A DNA stretch of 64,000 bases from a virus (IMGVR_UViG_3300004481_000331:1548-65547), one strand, 5' to 3'. Counted from the first letter of the stretch, positions 29,387 through 38,014 are shown. The notes: a model not told the origin generated them from the sequence alone. Numbers and translations: made by a program.

Positions 29387-30390
29387 TTTATATATTGATA
29401 CCTCCCTAATGCTTCTTCAGCATAATCTATAAACCGATCAGGATTCATTGGCCTCATACCTTCAATCTGACTTTTATACTCGGGATAAGAAAATTGACCG
29501 GATTCATCAATTGAGTGAAGAACTGCACAAAACTGCGCAAAGTGAGTTGACTTCGATAATCCTGGCATGACTATAAAATAGTTGATGCCGCTAGCTTGTT
29601 TAATATACTTCATTACTTGAAGAAATGCATAAGTATGACTGGCTTGTGTCAATGAAGGATGAAATGAACCGCCTCTCCACTGAGCAGAATCATTCATATC
29701 TTCAGCGGTAACGCCCCATGATCGTAACTGACTAAGGAACTTAGATGATCGTAAAGAATGAAATGATTCCTTCAGTTTAGTTTTATTGATAATTGGCAAA
29801 CCTTTAGGCTTGTCAAATATCATTATTACCCCATAACGTGAGCCATTAATCCAAGTTGAACTGTCAGCACTATTGATAGGCAATCCCATGATCTCAGGAT
29901 ACTTGCCCCATGCCAAAGCGTGTGATTTTATTCGTCCATTAGATAACTTATTAGCCATCTGATATCTTTGATAACTATACTCTTTGGCTGATTGCCAGCC
30001 AGCAGAAATACAGACATGATCATTGATCGAAAGCAATCTTGGCAATTCATCCCAATCCATACCTTGAATAAATATAGGCATCGGTGCAAGACCAGCCGCT
30101 ACTTGTTGATCGAGTAATATACGACTGGCTAAAGGGTCACGTGGCTTATCTAACTGTATATAACCCCATACATGACTCTTGACTGCATGGCAAAAAGAAA
30201 TGTAATCATCGACTTTAATTTTATCAACTGACTTTCCAGTAGCTGCACTTTTGATGCCTTTCCAGTAATCTGTAAAGCCACCACTATCGATCAATATATT
30301 AGCATGACTAGCTATGCGCAATGTATCCTGCAAGTAATCACTGCGCGATTTTAACAGATATGCATAACTGGCTAATATGTTAACTAACAA
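29383..30390 (-). CDS. dpdA: DpdA-like / TGT-fold guanine transglycosylase
   Basis: TGT catalytic motifs IDSGGF, QLD, HALAWG, SADSSTW; TTG start with SD GGGAG. Confidence 0.75.
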   Translation of the reverse strand: MLVNILASYAYLLKSRSDYLQDTLRIASHANILIDSGGFTDYWKGIKSAATGKSVDKIKVDDYISFCHAVKSHVWGYIQLDKPRDPLASRILLDQQVAAGLAPMPIFIQGMDWDELPRLLSINDHVCISAGWQSAKEYSYQRYQMANKLSNGRIKSHALAWGKYPEIMGLPINSADSSTWINGSRYGVIMIFDKPKGLPIINKTKLKESFHSLRSSKFLSQLRSWGVTAEDMNDSAQWRGGSFHPSLTQASHTYAFLQVMKYIKQASGINYFIVMPGLSKSTHFAQFCAVLHSIDESGQFSYPEYKSQIEGMRPMNPDRFIDYAEEALGRYQYIK

Positions 30391-31111
30391 CTATTGTACA
30401 CTCCCATTCTGGATGATCATCAAGAAATTCTCGTGTGGCTTTAATAGCATCTTCCAAAAGCAAACCATTTCCTACTTCAATGCGGAAACCATATATAACG
30501 CCCATCTTGCGTTCTTCGCCTTCAACTTCAGGTATCTTAATTTGCAAACCTCGAGTAAATAAATCCAGATCATCGCCGCTGACCGTTACTGGCAATTCTT
30601 CATCCTGCCCAAGGCTGGTAAGTACTTTTAGATATGCATCAGAGTCCCAAAGTCGCTTCATATCAAAGGCAGTAAAATCGCCGCCGCTCAAAGTCAGGTT
30701 GTTACTATCAACTGCATAAGCCACGGCTTGAGCCAGCGTTTCTGCATCTGTGCCGATCAGTAAAGGCATAACCCACCTGCCCTCATGATCATGCGCCAAA
30801 CCACGTGGCAATGACTCCCCCGCCTTTTCCATTTGTGCTAATGCTTCAATGCGTCCATTCCCGGCTTTGATCGCACCTTTGCCACCTAATAGATTGATCA
30901 GATTTATATCAAAGCGTGGAAGCTCTTGAAAACCATATTTCCCAATAGATTGCCCTATTGCCCCAAGATCATGCAACTTTGGATTTTCATTCCAAAGTAA
31001 ATTCACCGCTTCACGCACAGGTATCCATACCAACCTGGGCGGGTCTTTCATAGTCATCTGTTCTTCAGTCACTTGAGTATATTTGGTCGCTGGCAAAATT
31101 TGATCTGTCAT
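30380..31111 (-). CDS. ParB/Srx-like domain protein
   Basis: 'ENPKLHD..AIGQSI.KYGF...IKAGNGRIEAL...AYAVDSNNL'. Confidence 0.75.
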   Translation of the reverse strand: MTDQILPATKYTQVTEEQMTMKDPPRLVWIPVREAVNLLWNENPKLHDLGAIGQSIGKYGFQELPRFDINLINLLGGKGAIKAGNGRIEALAQMEKAGESLPRGLAHDHEGRWVMPLLIGTDAETLAQAVAYAVDSNNLTLSGGDFTAFDMKRLWDSDAYLKVLTSLGQDEELPVTVSGDDLDLFTRGLQIKIPEVEGEERKMGVIYGFRIEVGNGLLLEDAIKATREFLDDHPEWECTIVVS

Positions 31112-31131
31112 CTGCTGCCTCCTGTAATATC

Positions 31132-31159
31132 ATTATAACTTAGTTTTGATGCTTGACAA
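31132..31159 (-). promoter_or_regulatory. Promoter for the ParB-dpd-terminase operon
   Basis: TTGTCA (31159-31154), 16-nt spacer, TATAAT (31137-31132). Confidence 0.55.
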
Positions 31160-31212
31160 CCACTTTGTATTATGATATTATTATCACATCACAAGCAAAC
31201 AGGAGACATCAA
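31151..31212 (+). promoter_or_regulatory. Early promoter-RBS element, copy 2
   Basis: TTGACA 31153, TATTAT 31176. Confidence 0.85.
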
Positions 31213-31749
31213 ATGACTACAATTTGCAAGCACTTATTTGTTGATCAGGATGGTTATTGCCCGAATTGTGGAGAGACAATTCGCACAGTTAAGCGTGGAC
31301 AGCTTCAGCGCAAAGTTACGCAAACCGTAGCCAAGAAAGTTCAGACCGATTTCCAAGAGCATATGCGATCACAGAACGAGTATCTGAAAATTGCACGTGA
31401 GACGATTGAATTGCTCGCTTCAATTTATGATGCTGATGTCAATATTCAGAGCAGCCAGAGAATGGGCGCCACTCATATGTTTGAGACAGCAAGCAGCAAG
31501 CACACGATCAATTTTGGAATTCCTTTTTTGAAAGAAGTTTCCACAGATGGATTCGTAGATTATCGCGCAAATTGGATAGTCAGCCGCAAGTTCAGCCAGA
31601 AGCCGATTGGTGCTGATGCAGTCAAATTGGTTGCGGCGCATGAGTTTGCACACGTCCTGCAGACACGTGGCGGCTTCAGGGTGCGTGGTGTTATGCACGG
31701 CACAGCCTGGGAACACTTTTATAAAGAAATCATCGACCTGCTTTTCTAA
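31213..31749 (+). CDS. Zn-ribbon + SprT-like HExxH metalloprotease
   Basis: CxH...CPNC, then AHEFAH...HG..W; start refined to the SD-led ATG 31213. Confidence 0.65.
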   Translation: MTTICKHLFVDQDGYCPNCGETIRTVKRGQLQRKVTQTVAKKVQTDFQEHMRSQNEYLKIARETIELLASIYDADVNIQSSQRMGATHMFETASSKHTINFGIPFLKEVSTDGFVDYRANWIVSRKFSQKPIGADAVKLVAAHEFAHVLQTRGGFRVRGVMHGTAWEHFYKEIIDLLF

Positions 31750-31755
31750 ATTGAT

Positions 31756-31807
31756 GCTTGACAGTCATCTAATATTCTGATATTATTATGATATCAGGAG
31801 ACATCAA
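31756..31807 (+). promoter_or_regulatory. Early promoter-RBS element, copy 3
   Basis: TTGACA 31758, TATTAT 31781. Confidence 0.85.
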
Positions 31808-32971
31808 ATGATCAAACGGTTAGAGCAGTACCAATTGGATGAAGTTGAGAGAATGATCGAATTGCTGAATAAGCGTGCTATGAAGTTGAGCCAGCCGCTG
31901 ATCAATGTCAAAGTCAGCAATGTGCAGGTTGAAATAATCGCAGGTATCAACGTGCAGAAATTTGACGTTGAATTAGACGGAATTTGCCCACAGGTGCGTG
32001 GGTGGCGGTTCGTGGCTGCGCTCGATCACAATTATAGCGAAACTGGCGAGATGCAGAATGTCGTGAAGAATATCACGTCAGACGAAGTTCCGGAAACTTA
32101 TCGCACAGCGATGCCTAATTGCGATCATTGCAACAAGACAAGAAACAGATTAGTTACCTACATCCTGCGCAATGATCAAGATGAGTATATGCAGGTTGGT
32201 TCTTCATGCATCAAGGATTTTAGCGGAATTGACCTGAATGGTTATCTTGAAGCAATCAGCCAGTTGATCGAGTTCATAGGGGAAGCCGAAGAAAGCGATC
32301 CGGAAGAATTTTCTTTTGCAGGCGGCAGCAGTCATTATTTGATCGATACCAAGACATTTATCGCTTATACCATCCGCATGATCAATGAGCATGGTTGGAT
32401 GAGCATCAGCAAAGCAGTATCAATGGGGCATGCATCATTAGCCACAAGCGAGCGAGCACTTGATCAGATAATTCAGTCATCCAAAGAACGCAATTTTGTC
32501 ACTGAAGAAGAACTTGCTACAGCAGTCAAGACAATTGAACAAGTAAAATCAGCACTTGCGAGTCAGTCACGCCTTAGTGAGTACGAGTGGAATTTGAGAA
32601 CAGTCGCCAATCGATCCGGTCTGACGCTGAAAGATTGCGGCATCGCAGCCAGCATGGTTCAGTGGTTGAATGGCTACGTAGAACGGAATACGCCGAAGCC
32701 GGAAAATGGCAAGCACCTTGGCAAGATTGGTGACAAGATTGAGGTCGTAGTCACTATTGATAGCGAGAGAATGTTCAGCGGCGTGTATGGCATAACTTAT
32801 CTTTATAAGATGCATGATCAAGAGAATAATGTGGTTGTGTGGTTTTCATCCAATCGCTTATTCGATGCAGGCGCAGTTGTCACCTTGAAAGCGACAGTCA
32901 AAGATCACTCAGTTTTCAATGGCGTTTCTCAAACAGTCATCACACGTGCAAAAGTGCAGAAGGAGCAATAA
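31808..32971 (+). CDS. Conserved phage protein with Zn motif and C-terminal OB-fold-like domain
   Basis: CDHC...QVGSSC motif; beta-rich C-terminus. Confidence 0.65.
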   Translation: MIKRLEQYQLDEVERMIELLNKRAMKLSQPLINVKVSNVQVEIIAGINVQKFDVELDGICPQVRGWRFVAALDHNYSETGEMQNVVKNITSDEVPETYRTAMPNCDHCNKTRNRLVTYILRNDQDEYMQVGSSCIKDFSGIDLNGYLEAISQLIEFIGEAEESDPEEFSFAGGSSHYLIDTKTFIAYTIRMINEHGWMSISKAVSMGHASLATSERALDQIIQSSKERNFVTEEELATAVKTIEQVKSALASQSRLSEYEWNLRTVANRSGLTLKDCGIAASMVQWLNGYVERNTPKPENGKHLGKIGDKIEVVVTIDSERMFSGVYGITYLYKMHDQENNVVVWFSSNRLFDAGAVVTLKATVKDHSVFNGVSQTVITRAKVQKEQ

Positions 32972-32972
32972 C

Positions 32973-33194
32973 ATGATCAACTTATCCAAACTTATGAAAC
33001 AGAACAAGTACGAACAAATTACCTTGATCATCACCTGCAATGAGTATGCCGTAGAAAAAACTTTCTTCGGCGCAGTCAAGCGCGGCGGTCAACGCTTGTT
33101 CTCAGCACCAAATGAAAAAACGCTGGCTGGCTGCATCCAAGTACTGGATGAGCAAGCCAAAAAATACCTTGATCAGTTCGGAGAAGAATCATGA
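32973..33194 (+). CDS. Hypothetical protein
   Basis: SD AGGAG before ATG 32973. Confidence 0.6.
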   Translation: MINLSKLMKQNKYEQITLIITCNEYAVEKTFFGAVKRGGQRLFSAPNEKTLAGCIQVLDEQAKKYLDQFGEES

Positions 33195-33436
33195 GAACAA
33201 AAGTTTGTCTGACCTGTGGAAAAGTTTATCCTAATCGTAGTTTTGCATTGCCTGACATCTGCGAAGTATGCGGTGGAAGATTGGACATCACCTGTGAGAA
33301 AATTGGCTGCACACGTCCTGCCTGCAGCAAAGGCATTTATGGTCCTGGTTATATTGTGAGTGTATGCCAGGAGCACTACGATGCTGCCGATCAAGAAGAT
33401 AAAGATAACGCTATCAAATATCGATATGCTGAATAA
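33191..33436 (+). CDS. Small Cys-rich Zn-finger protein
   Basis: CLTC, CEVC and further Cys; ATGA overlap. Confidence 0.6.
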   Translation: MRTKVCLTCGKVYPNRSFALPDICEVCGGRLDITCEKIGCTRPACSKGIYGPGYIVSVCQEHYDAADQEDKDNAIKYRYAE

Positions 33437-33452
33437 GCAGAAAGGAAAAAAA

Positions 33453-33692
33453 ATGAGAGGTCTAATTGCGATCACCAATGCTGGACAAGGGTATCACCTT
33501 GGATTGATCAAGTCTGGCGAGACTGTTATCTTGCAAGCAGTCAGAGAAAAAGATTTTCTTGACTGCGAGTTGTGGCAATACCTTGGTCATCGATTAGTCA
33601 CCAAGAAGTTTTTGAAGGAAAAGAAATTAGATTTGCTGGCTGCGATCAATAAACAGTTCGGCACCAACTTCACCAAGATCAAAATTGATTGA
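33453..33692 (+). CDS. Hypothetical protein
   Basis: SD AAGGA before ATG 33453. Confidence 0.6.
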   Translation: MRGLIAITNAGQGYHLGLIKSGETVILQAVREKDFLDCELWQYLGHRLVTKKFLKEKKLDLLAAINKQFGTNFTKIKID

Positions 33693-33735
33693 ACTTCATG
33701 CTTGACAAGTGCTTTATTAAATCGGAGTAGGCAAA

Positions 33736-33966
33736 ATGATAAATTATCGCTATTATGTCAAAGTCGTTCCTGGCGCAGAAGATATCATGCGTGCAATTAT
33801 CGAGAGCTTTGGACGTGTGCCTACGATCATCGAAGCAAGTGCTGGCGGCATCTTATTGATCGAAGTAGAACCGGGCATGGAGCCGATGGTCGTAGAGCCT
33901 GTGATATCAGTCGAGCCAACAAAAGCACAAACTATTGCTGATCACCAATCTAGTATTCGGGCTTGA
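33736..33966 (+). CDS. Hypothetical protein
   Basis: SD GGAG; 76 aa. Confidence 0.55.
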   Translation: MINYRYYVKVVPGAEDIMRAIIESFGRVPTIIEASAGGILLIEVEPGMEPMVVEPVISVEPTKAQTIADHQSSIRA

Positions 33967-34023
33967 CAACTACTTTATATTATGATATTATTATAACAAC
34001 AAAAGCACACAGGAGAAAATAAG
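33961..34023 (+). promoter_or_regulatory. Early promoter-RBS element, copy 4
   Basis: TTGACA 33963, TATTAT 33986. Confidence 0.85.
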
Positions 34024-34146
34024 ATGAATGAAAAACAAGTTTGTCCAAATTGCCACACGCATTACTTGGAATGGGATGAAGAAATAGGGCAATGGTATTG
34101 CAGTAAATGTGATATGAATTTCTCAGATGAAGAATTGTATCAATAG
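34024..34146 (+). CDS. 40-aa TFIIB-type Zn-ribbon mini-protein
   Basis: Below the ORF-track cutoff: MNEKQVCPNCHTHYLEWDEEIGQWYCSKCDMNFSDEELYQ; SD-led after copy 4. Confidence 0.7.
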   Translation: MNEKQVCPNCHTHYLEWDEEIGQWYCSKCDMNFSDEELYQ

Positions 34147-34215
34147 GCAGAGCTGCAAGTGCGCAAACATCTGCCCAGTCATGCGTGCATATTTTAGTTA
34201 GTCAGGAGAAATCAC

Positions 34216-34713
34216 ATGAACCGCAAATTATTTACTCAAGATGAAGCGCTCGCCTTTTTTGCAATAAGAGTAGTGCTGGATGAACAGTATCCTTCGCTCG
34301 AGAAAGATAAGTTTCAGCCAGTTCATTGGGATGAGAAGCAAGAATTCTACGTTGTCTTTGGGCGTGATTACATCGAATTTTCTGATGACCTGCGCGAGTT
34401 TATGTGCCAAGAATGGCCTGTTCGCGAGCCACGCAATAAGTGGGATAGTTGGCGACCGATGACTGGCACCGCTAAGTTCATCGGTACACGCATCTTCGGC
34501 AAGAAAGTTTTTGATGCAAAAGTCAATGCAATGCGCAAAGTCAAAGAAGCCGAGAAACTGCAAGGTCGGAAGAATGCAGTCATCAATGAATATAAGCGCA
34601 TGCTCAAAGCAATCGCTGAATTCCAAGCAACCTGTGAAAGAAACGCAGACCTGATCGAAGGCGCAGAAATCACAATCACAATCAGCACACCTTCATTCTG
34701 CCAGGAGAAATAA
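34216..34713 (+). CDS. Hypothetical protein
   Basis: SD CAGGAGA. Confidence 0.7.
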   Translation: MNRKLFTQDEALAFFAIRVVLDEQYPSLEKDKFQPVHWDEKQEFYVVFGRDYIEFSDDLREFMCQEWPVREPRNKWDSWRPMTGTAKFIGTRIFGKKVFDAKVNAMRKVKEAEKLQGRKNAVINEYKRMLKAIAEFQATCERNADLIEGAEITITISTPSFCQEK

Positions 34714-34714
34714 C

Positions 34715-35014
34715 ATGATCACAAGAGACAGCGCCACGGTTGAAGTAATCGCTTTTGTCAAAAGTTTACCTTTGCCTGCAGACACGCAAGTTGAAGTGAT
34801 CGGTACTTGGGTGTGGGTCACTTTCGCGCAGAAACCACCTCGTGCATTGATCGATCAACTAAAAGGCGAGAAAGAAGCATGGACAGGTTTCCGCTGGATA
34901 CAAAAGCGTGAAGCATGGGCGCATGCATGCGGCAATCCAACTTTCGGCACTTCACAAACTCATCCAAGAAACACCTATGGCAGCATCTTGGTCAAAACTG
35001 AAGAAGGAATTTAA
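34715..35014 (+). CDS. Hypothetical protein (G.WVWV...GFRW....AW domain)
   Basis: SD CAGGAGA. Confidence 0.7.
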   Translation: MITRDSATVEVIAFVKSLPLPADTQVEVIGTWVWVTFAQKPPRALIDQLKGEKEAWTGFRWIQKREAWAHACGNPTFGTSQTHPRNTYGSILVKTEEGI

Positions 35015-35015
35015 A

Positions 35016-35327
35016 ATGCCTAATAAGCCATATGATCACTGGCTTGCTGTAAAATATCAGTCAACTTATGAAGATATCCAAGATTACCTATCACCTGCGG
35101 TACGATCATCATTAGATCAATCAGTGACAGAATTGGGGTTGAATACTACAAACCGGAAACTGCTGATCAACCATTACCGCGGTAATGCAGCGTGGGAAAA
35201 GTTCAAACAGTATGCAATGATCTGCGAGCACTTCACGCTGCTGGCTGACTTGATCGAACAAGACAGGGTGGATGAAGCAATCGCTGAGATAAAGCGCATG
35301 CAACTGATACTCACAAAATGCTGGTAA
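35016..35327 (+). CDS. Hypothetical protein
   Basis: SD AAGGA before ATG 35016. Confidence 0.6.
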   Translation: MPNKPYDHWLAVKYQSTYEDIQDYLSPAVRSSLDQSVTELGLNTTNRKLLINHYRGNAAWEKFKQYAMICEHFTLLADLIEQDRVDEAIAEIKRMQLILTKCW

Positions 35328-35353
35328 CCTGTTTGAAACTTTCTCAAGAAAAG

Positions 35354-35414
35354 GCTTGACATCCTGGTTATATTCTGATATTATTATGATATCACGAGCA
35401 AACAGGAGACACAC
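35354..35414 (+). promoter_or_regulatory. Early promoter-RBS element, copy 5
   Basis: TTGACA 35356, TATTAT 35379. Confidence 0.85.
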
Positions 35415-35615
35415 ATGATTTACAACCTATTAATTCTTGCACAGCGAATTTTGGTCAATGAAGGATATCTGGTTTACACTGGTGAAGCCATGCTTGTGGT
35501 TGAGCAGCCCAATCGCGTGGTGCGCGTTGCAGAAATAAAGACTTTGCTTGACTTCAGCAATCCAATGATCACCTTCACACAAGCAAATGATCGAGTTCAA
35601 ATATTCTTTGACTAA
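35415..35615 (+). CDS. Hypothetical protein (single-gene cassette)
   Basis: Lies between copies 5 and 6. Confidence 0.7.
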   Translation: MIYNLLILAQRILVNEGYLVYTGEAMLVVEQPNRVVRVAEIKTLLDFSNPMITFTQANDRVQIFFD

Positions 35616-35648
35616 ATTAGTAATTCATTGAAAACTCCTCAAGAAAAG

Positions 35649-35711
35649 GCTTGACATCTTAGTTATATTATGATATTATTATGACATCACAAGCAAACAG
35701 GAGAAATCAAA
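35649..35711 (+). promoter_or_regulatory. Early promoter-RBS element, copy 6
   Basis: TTGACA 35651, TATTAT 35674. Confidence 0.85.
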
Positions 35712-36008
35712 ATGACAACTTCAACAACCTTCGCTCAGACAATTCGGAAACATTTCAATTTTGAGACAGCGCATGCACCTGCAGTGCATCCTGATCAAAT
35801 AATTTGCCGCAAGAATGGCGAGGTAGTAATTCGAGGAACATTTTTCTACAGACATGACGGAAGCGCAGACAGTTGGGCGCAGAATGTCATGGATGATCTG
35901 AAAAATGCAGGCATTAGTTTTCAGTGGGTCAGCCAGCGTGAAAATTGGCAAGCATGGCCTAAAGACAGCTATTGGGAAGTGATCATTCAGAAAGGTTTCG
36001 GAGGCTAA
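35712..36008 (+). CDS. Hypothetical protein
   Basis: SD-led. Confidence 0.7.
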   Translation: MTTSTTFAQTIRKHFNFETAHAPAVHPDQIICRKNGEVVIRGTFFYRHDGSADSWAQNVMDDLKNAGISFQWVSQRENWQAWPKDSYWEVIIQKGFGG

Positions 36009-36009
36009 C

Positions 36010-36306
36010 ATGAGCGAGAACATTATCCGCAAAGATCAAGTTGAGATTGGCGACTTCAAAATTGTAAAAGTTCACCGAGTCCATGGAGCACAAGCCGTAG
36101 CCGCAGCCATGCGCTGTGTAGCCGGTCAATTGAATGCTACGATCTATTTGGTGAAAGACGATCAAATTGCAGCGCACTTTGAGCCGAGCAAGAAAGGCAG
36201 CACCACTTTGCGTCACACCGATATGATCAAGCGAGCCGAATACCTGAAAGCATGGGTGGATGGTTTTGTTGCCGGCATCAACTCATCTGACCTGAAAGTT
36301 GAGTAA
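36010..36306 (+). CDS. Hypothetical protein
   Basis: SD GGAGG. Confidence 0.7.
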   Translation: MSENIIRKDQVEIGDFKIVKVHRVHGAQAVAAAMRCVAGQLNATIYLVKDDQIAAHFEPSKKGSTTLRHTDMIKRAEYLKAWVDGFVAGINSSDLKVE

Positions 36307-36309
36307 GAT

Positions 36310-37194
36310 ATGAGCGACACTTATCCTTTATCAATGCGTGAGAATAAGCCATCCATGCATGCAGTACTGATCATGAATAACCGTGCTGATGGCTTGCCAG
36401 ATGGTGTGCATTGCGGCGCATATTATGTACCTGAAACCAAGGAAGTATTCAAGCGGTTGGTGGGCAGACCTTATGCCAATGCTGACTGTTTGATCAGAAC
36501 ACAAGAAGATAAGTTTTTGAAGACATTCGCCGGGTTGCCTATGATGCCACAAAATTGGCGCATAGAACAGCGGAACGGTTTGCCTTGGTTGGTTCGCCAG
36601 CAAGCAATGATCGTCTCAAATGAACCTCACGCAGAAATAAAATTCAATGATCTGAAAATTGACACTTTGCTAACTTTGGAATGGGTTGTGCAACATTTCA
36701 ATAAAAATGGCTGGACATTGGGCGACTATATCACCATTGGTTTTGACCTGAAACTTTACGAGTACTTTATTGTAGATTGCAGTTGCGCATGGCAAGATGA
36801 TCGCACGGATGATACTTTTAGAATTCATAAGTTCTTTGATCTATCAGGTGCAGGTAAGCGCATTGCAATGCTACGCACAAATGCCCGGATGGCATTGCAT
36901 AACTTCAAGTATGGCAGCGATGATAATTTCTTGCTTGATCATGAAGCAAGACAGGAATATGCATGCGTCTATGCATCATTCAACCGCCCGATCACTTCAC
37001 TGTGGGCGTCCATACCTGATGCACTTTATATGCACACGGAACGCAGCAATTGGGATAACTTAGTACCTCACACTTGGGTGATCACAAAGCAACCACTTGA
37101 ACCGGATATGATGTACCGCTATGAGTTGAAGTTTGGCTATTCCAAAACTTATACCACACTTGATCAGATGCGAGGAAAAGTCAATGAACAATAA
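36310..37194 (+). CDS. Possible protein-kinase-like fold protein
   Basis: Ordered motifs GxxxGAYY, VFK, E, GWTLGD, FIVD. Confidence 0.4.
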   Translation: MSDTYPLSMRENKPSMHAVLIMNNRADGLPDGVHCGAYYVPETKEVFKRLVGRPYANADCLIRTQEDKFLKTFAGLPMMPQNWRIEQRNGLPWLVRQQAMIVSNEPHAEIKFNDLKIDTLLTLEWVVQHFNKNGWTLGDYITIGFDLKLYEYFIVDCSCAWQDDRTDDTFRIHKFFDLSGAGKRIAMLRTNARMALHNFKYGSDDNFLLDHEARQEYACVYASFNRPITSLWASIPDALYMHTERSNWDNLVPHTWVITKQPLEPDMMYRYELKFGYSKTYTTLDQMRGKVNEQ

Positions 37195-37393
37195 ACCAGT
37201 TGAAGTGATTGGAATAAGATATCTGCCTTCTGGCTACATGCGTGCAACCTGCCCTGGTTGCAATGATGAATTAGCCCTGGCTGGCACCGGATTGACTATT
37301 TGCTCACAGTGTGGCATGGAAATATTTGTCACTAAACTCGAGCCACATGCCTCGATCAGATTGGGCGAGAATAGCCCTCAAGACATTATATAA
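37184..37393 (+). CDS. Zn-ribbon protein
   Basis: CPGC...CSQC; SD GAGG. Confidence 0.6.
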   Translation: MNNKPVEVIGIRYLPSGYMRATCPGCNDELALAGTGLTICSQCGMEIFVTKLEPHASIRLGENSPQDII

Positions 37394-37397
37394 GAGA

Positions 37398-37541
37398 ATG
37401 ATCATGCAACCTTTACTCATTATTGCATCAACTGTGCAAAGTCACACAACTCCTGGCGTATCCTGCGGCAGCGTTATCTTTATCCTGGTCGTCTTTATTC
37501 TAGGCTATATTGCATCCTGGTTGAATAACCGGAAATCATAA
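37398..37541 (+). CDS. Small membrane protein
   Basis: One hydrophobic helix; weak SD. Confidence 0.4.
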   Translation: MIMQPLLIIASTVQSHTTPGVSCGSVIFILVVFILGYIASWLNNRKS

Positions 37542-37548
37542 AATTGGG

Positions 37549-37609
37549 GCTTGACAAGATGCGTATTATTTGATATTATTATGTTATCAAATCAAACAGG
37601 AGACAGAAA
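37549..37609 (+). promoter_or_regulatory. Early promoter-RBS element, copy 7
   Basis: TTGACA 37551, TATTAT 37574. Confidence 0.85.
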
Positions 37610-38014
37610 ATGGCTAAAATTTGTGACACAGCAGAAAAATTGGCAGAAGAATTGAAGACACTGGATAACATGGGCATCGATCCGGTTTGGTCAATCCATT
37701 CTCATGACATCGGGCGGTTGGCAGTAAATTATTCATATGCATACGAAACATTCCAGACAATTGATCTGGTCATTGAATACACCTTCGGTGTGCAGCAAGT
37801 TGAAGTAGTCAAATTGATCAAGTGCCAGGAAGCTTTTGGAAAGTGGTCATGGAATAAAATCGTAATTGCATCCACACGGCACGATCAACCTGACATCATT
37901 GCACTGGTAGAAAAGAATGTTCAGATGGGACATGACAAGTTCACGCAATGGTTCAATGAAGCTGAACAAAAGCGGTTTGCAGACTTCTGGAATCATTTTG
38001 TTGAGGTCTTATAA
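37610..38014 (+). CDS. Hypothetical protein
   Basis: SD-led. Confidence 0.7.
   Translation: MAKICDTAEKLAEELKTLDNMGIDPVWSIHSHDIGRLAVNYSYAYETFQTIDLVIEYTFGVQQVEVVKLIKCQEAFGKWSWNKIVIASTRHDQPDIIALVEKNVQMGHDKFTQWFNEAEQKRFADFWNHFVEVL

Noticed and set aside
33700-33735. GCTTGACA at 33700 as a 15th promoter copy
   Set aside because: No TGATATTATTAT or -10 box at 17-nt spacing; at most a relic.
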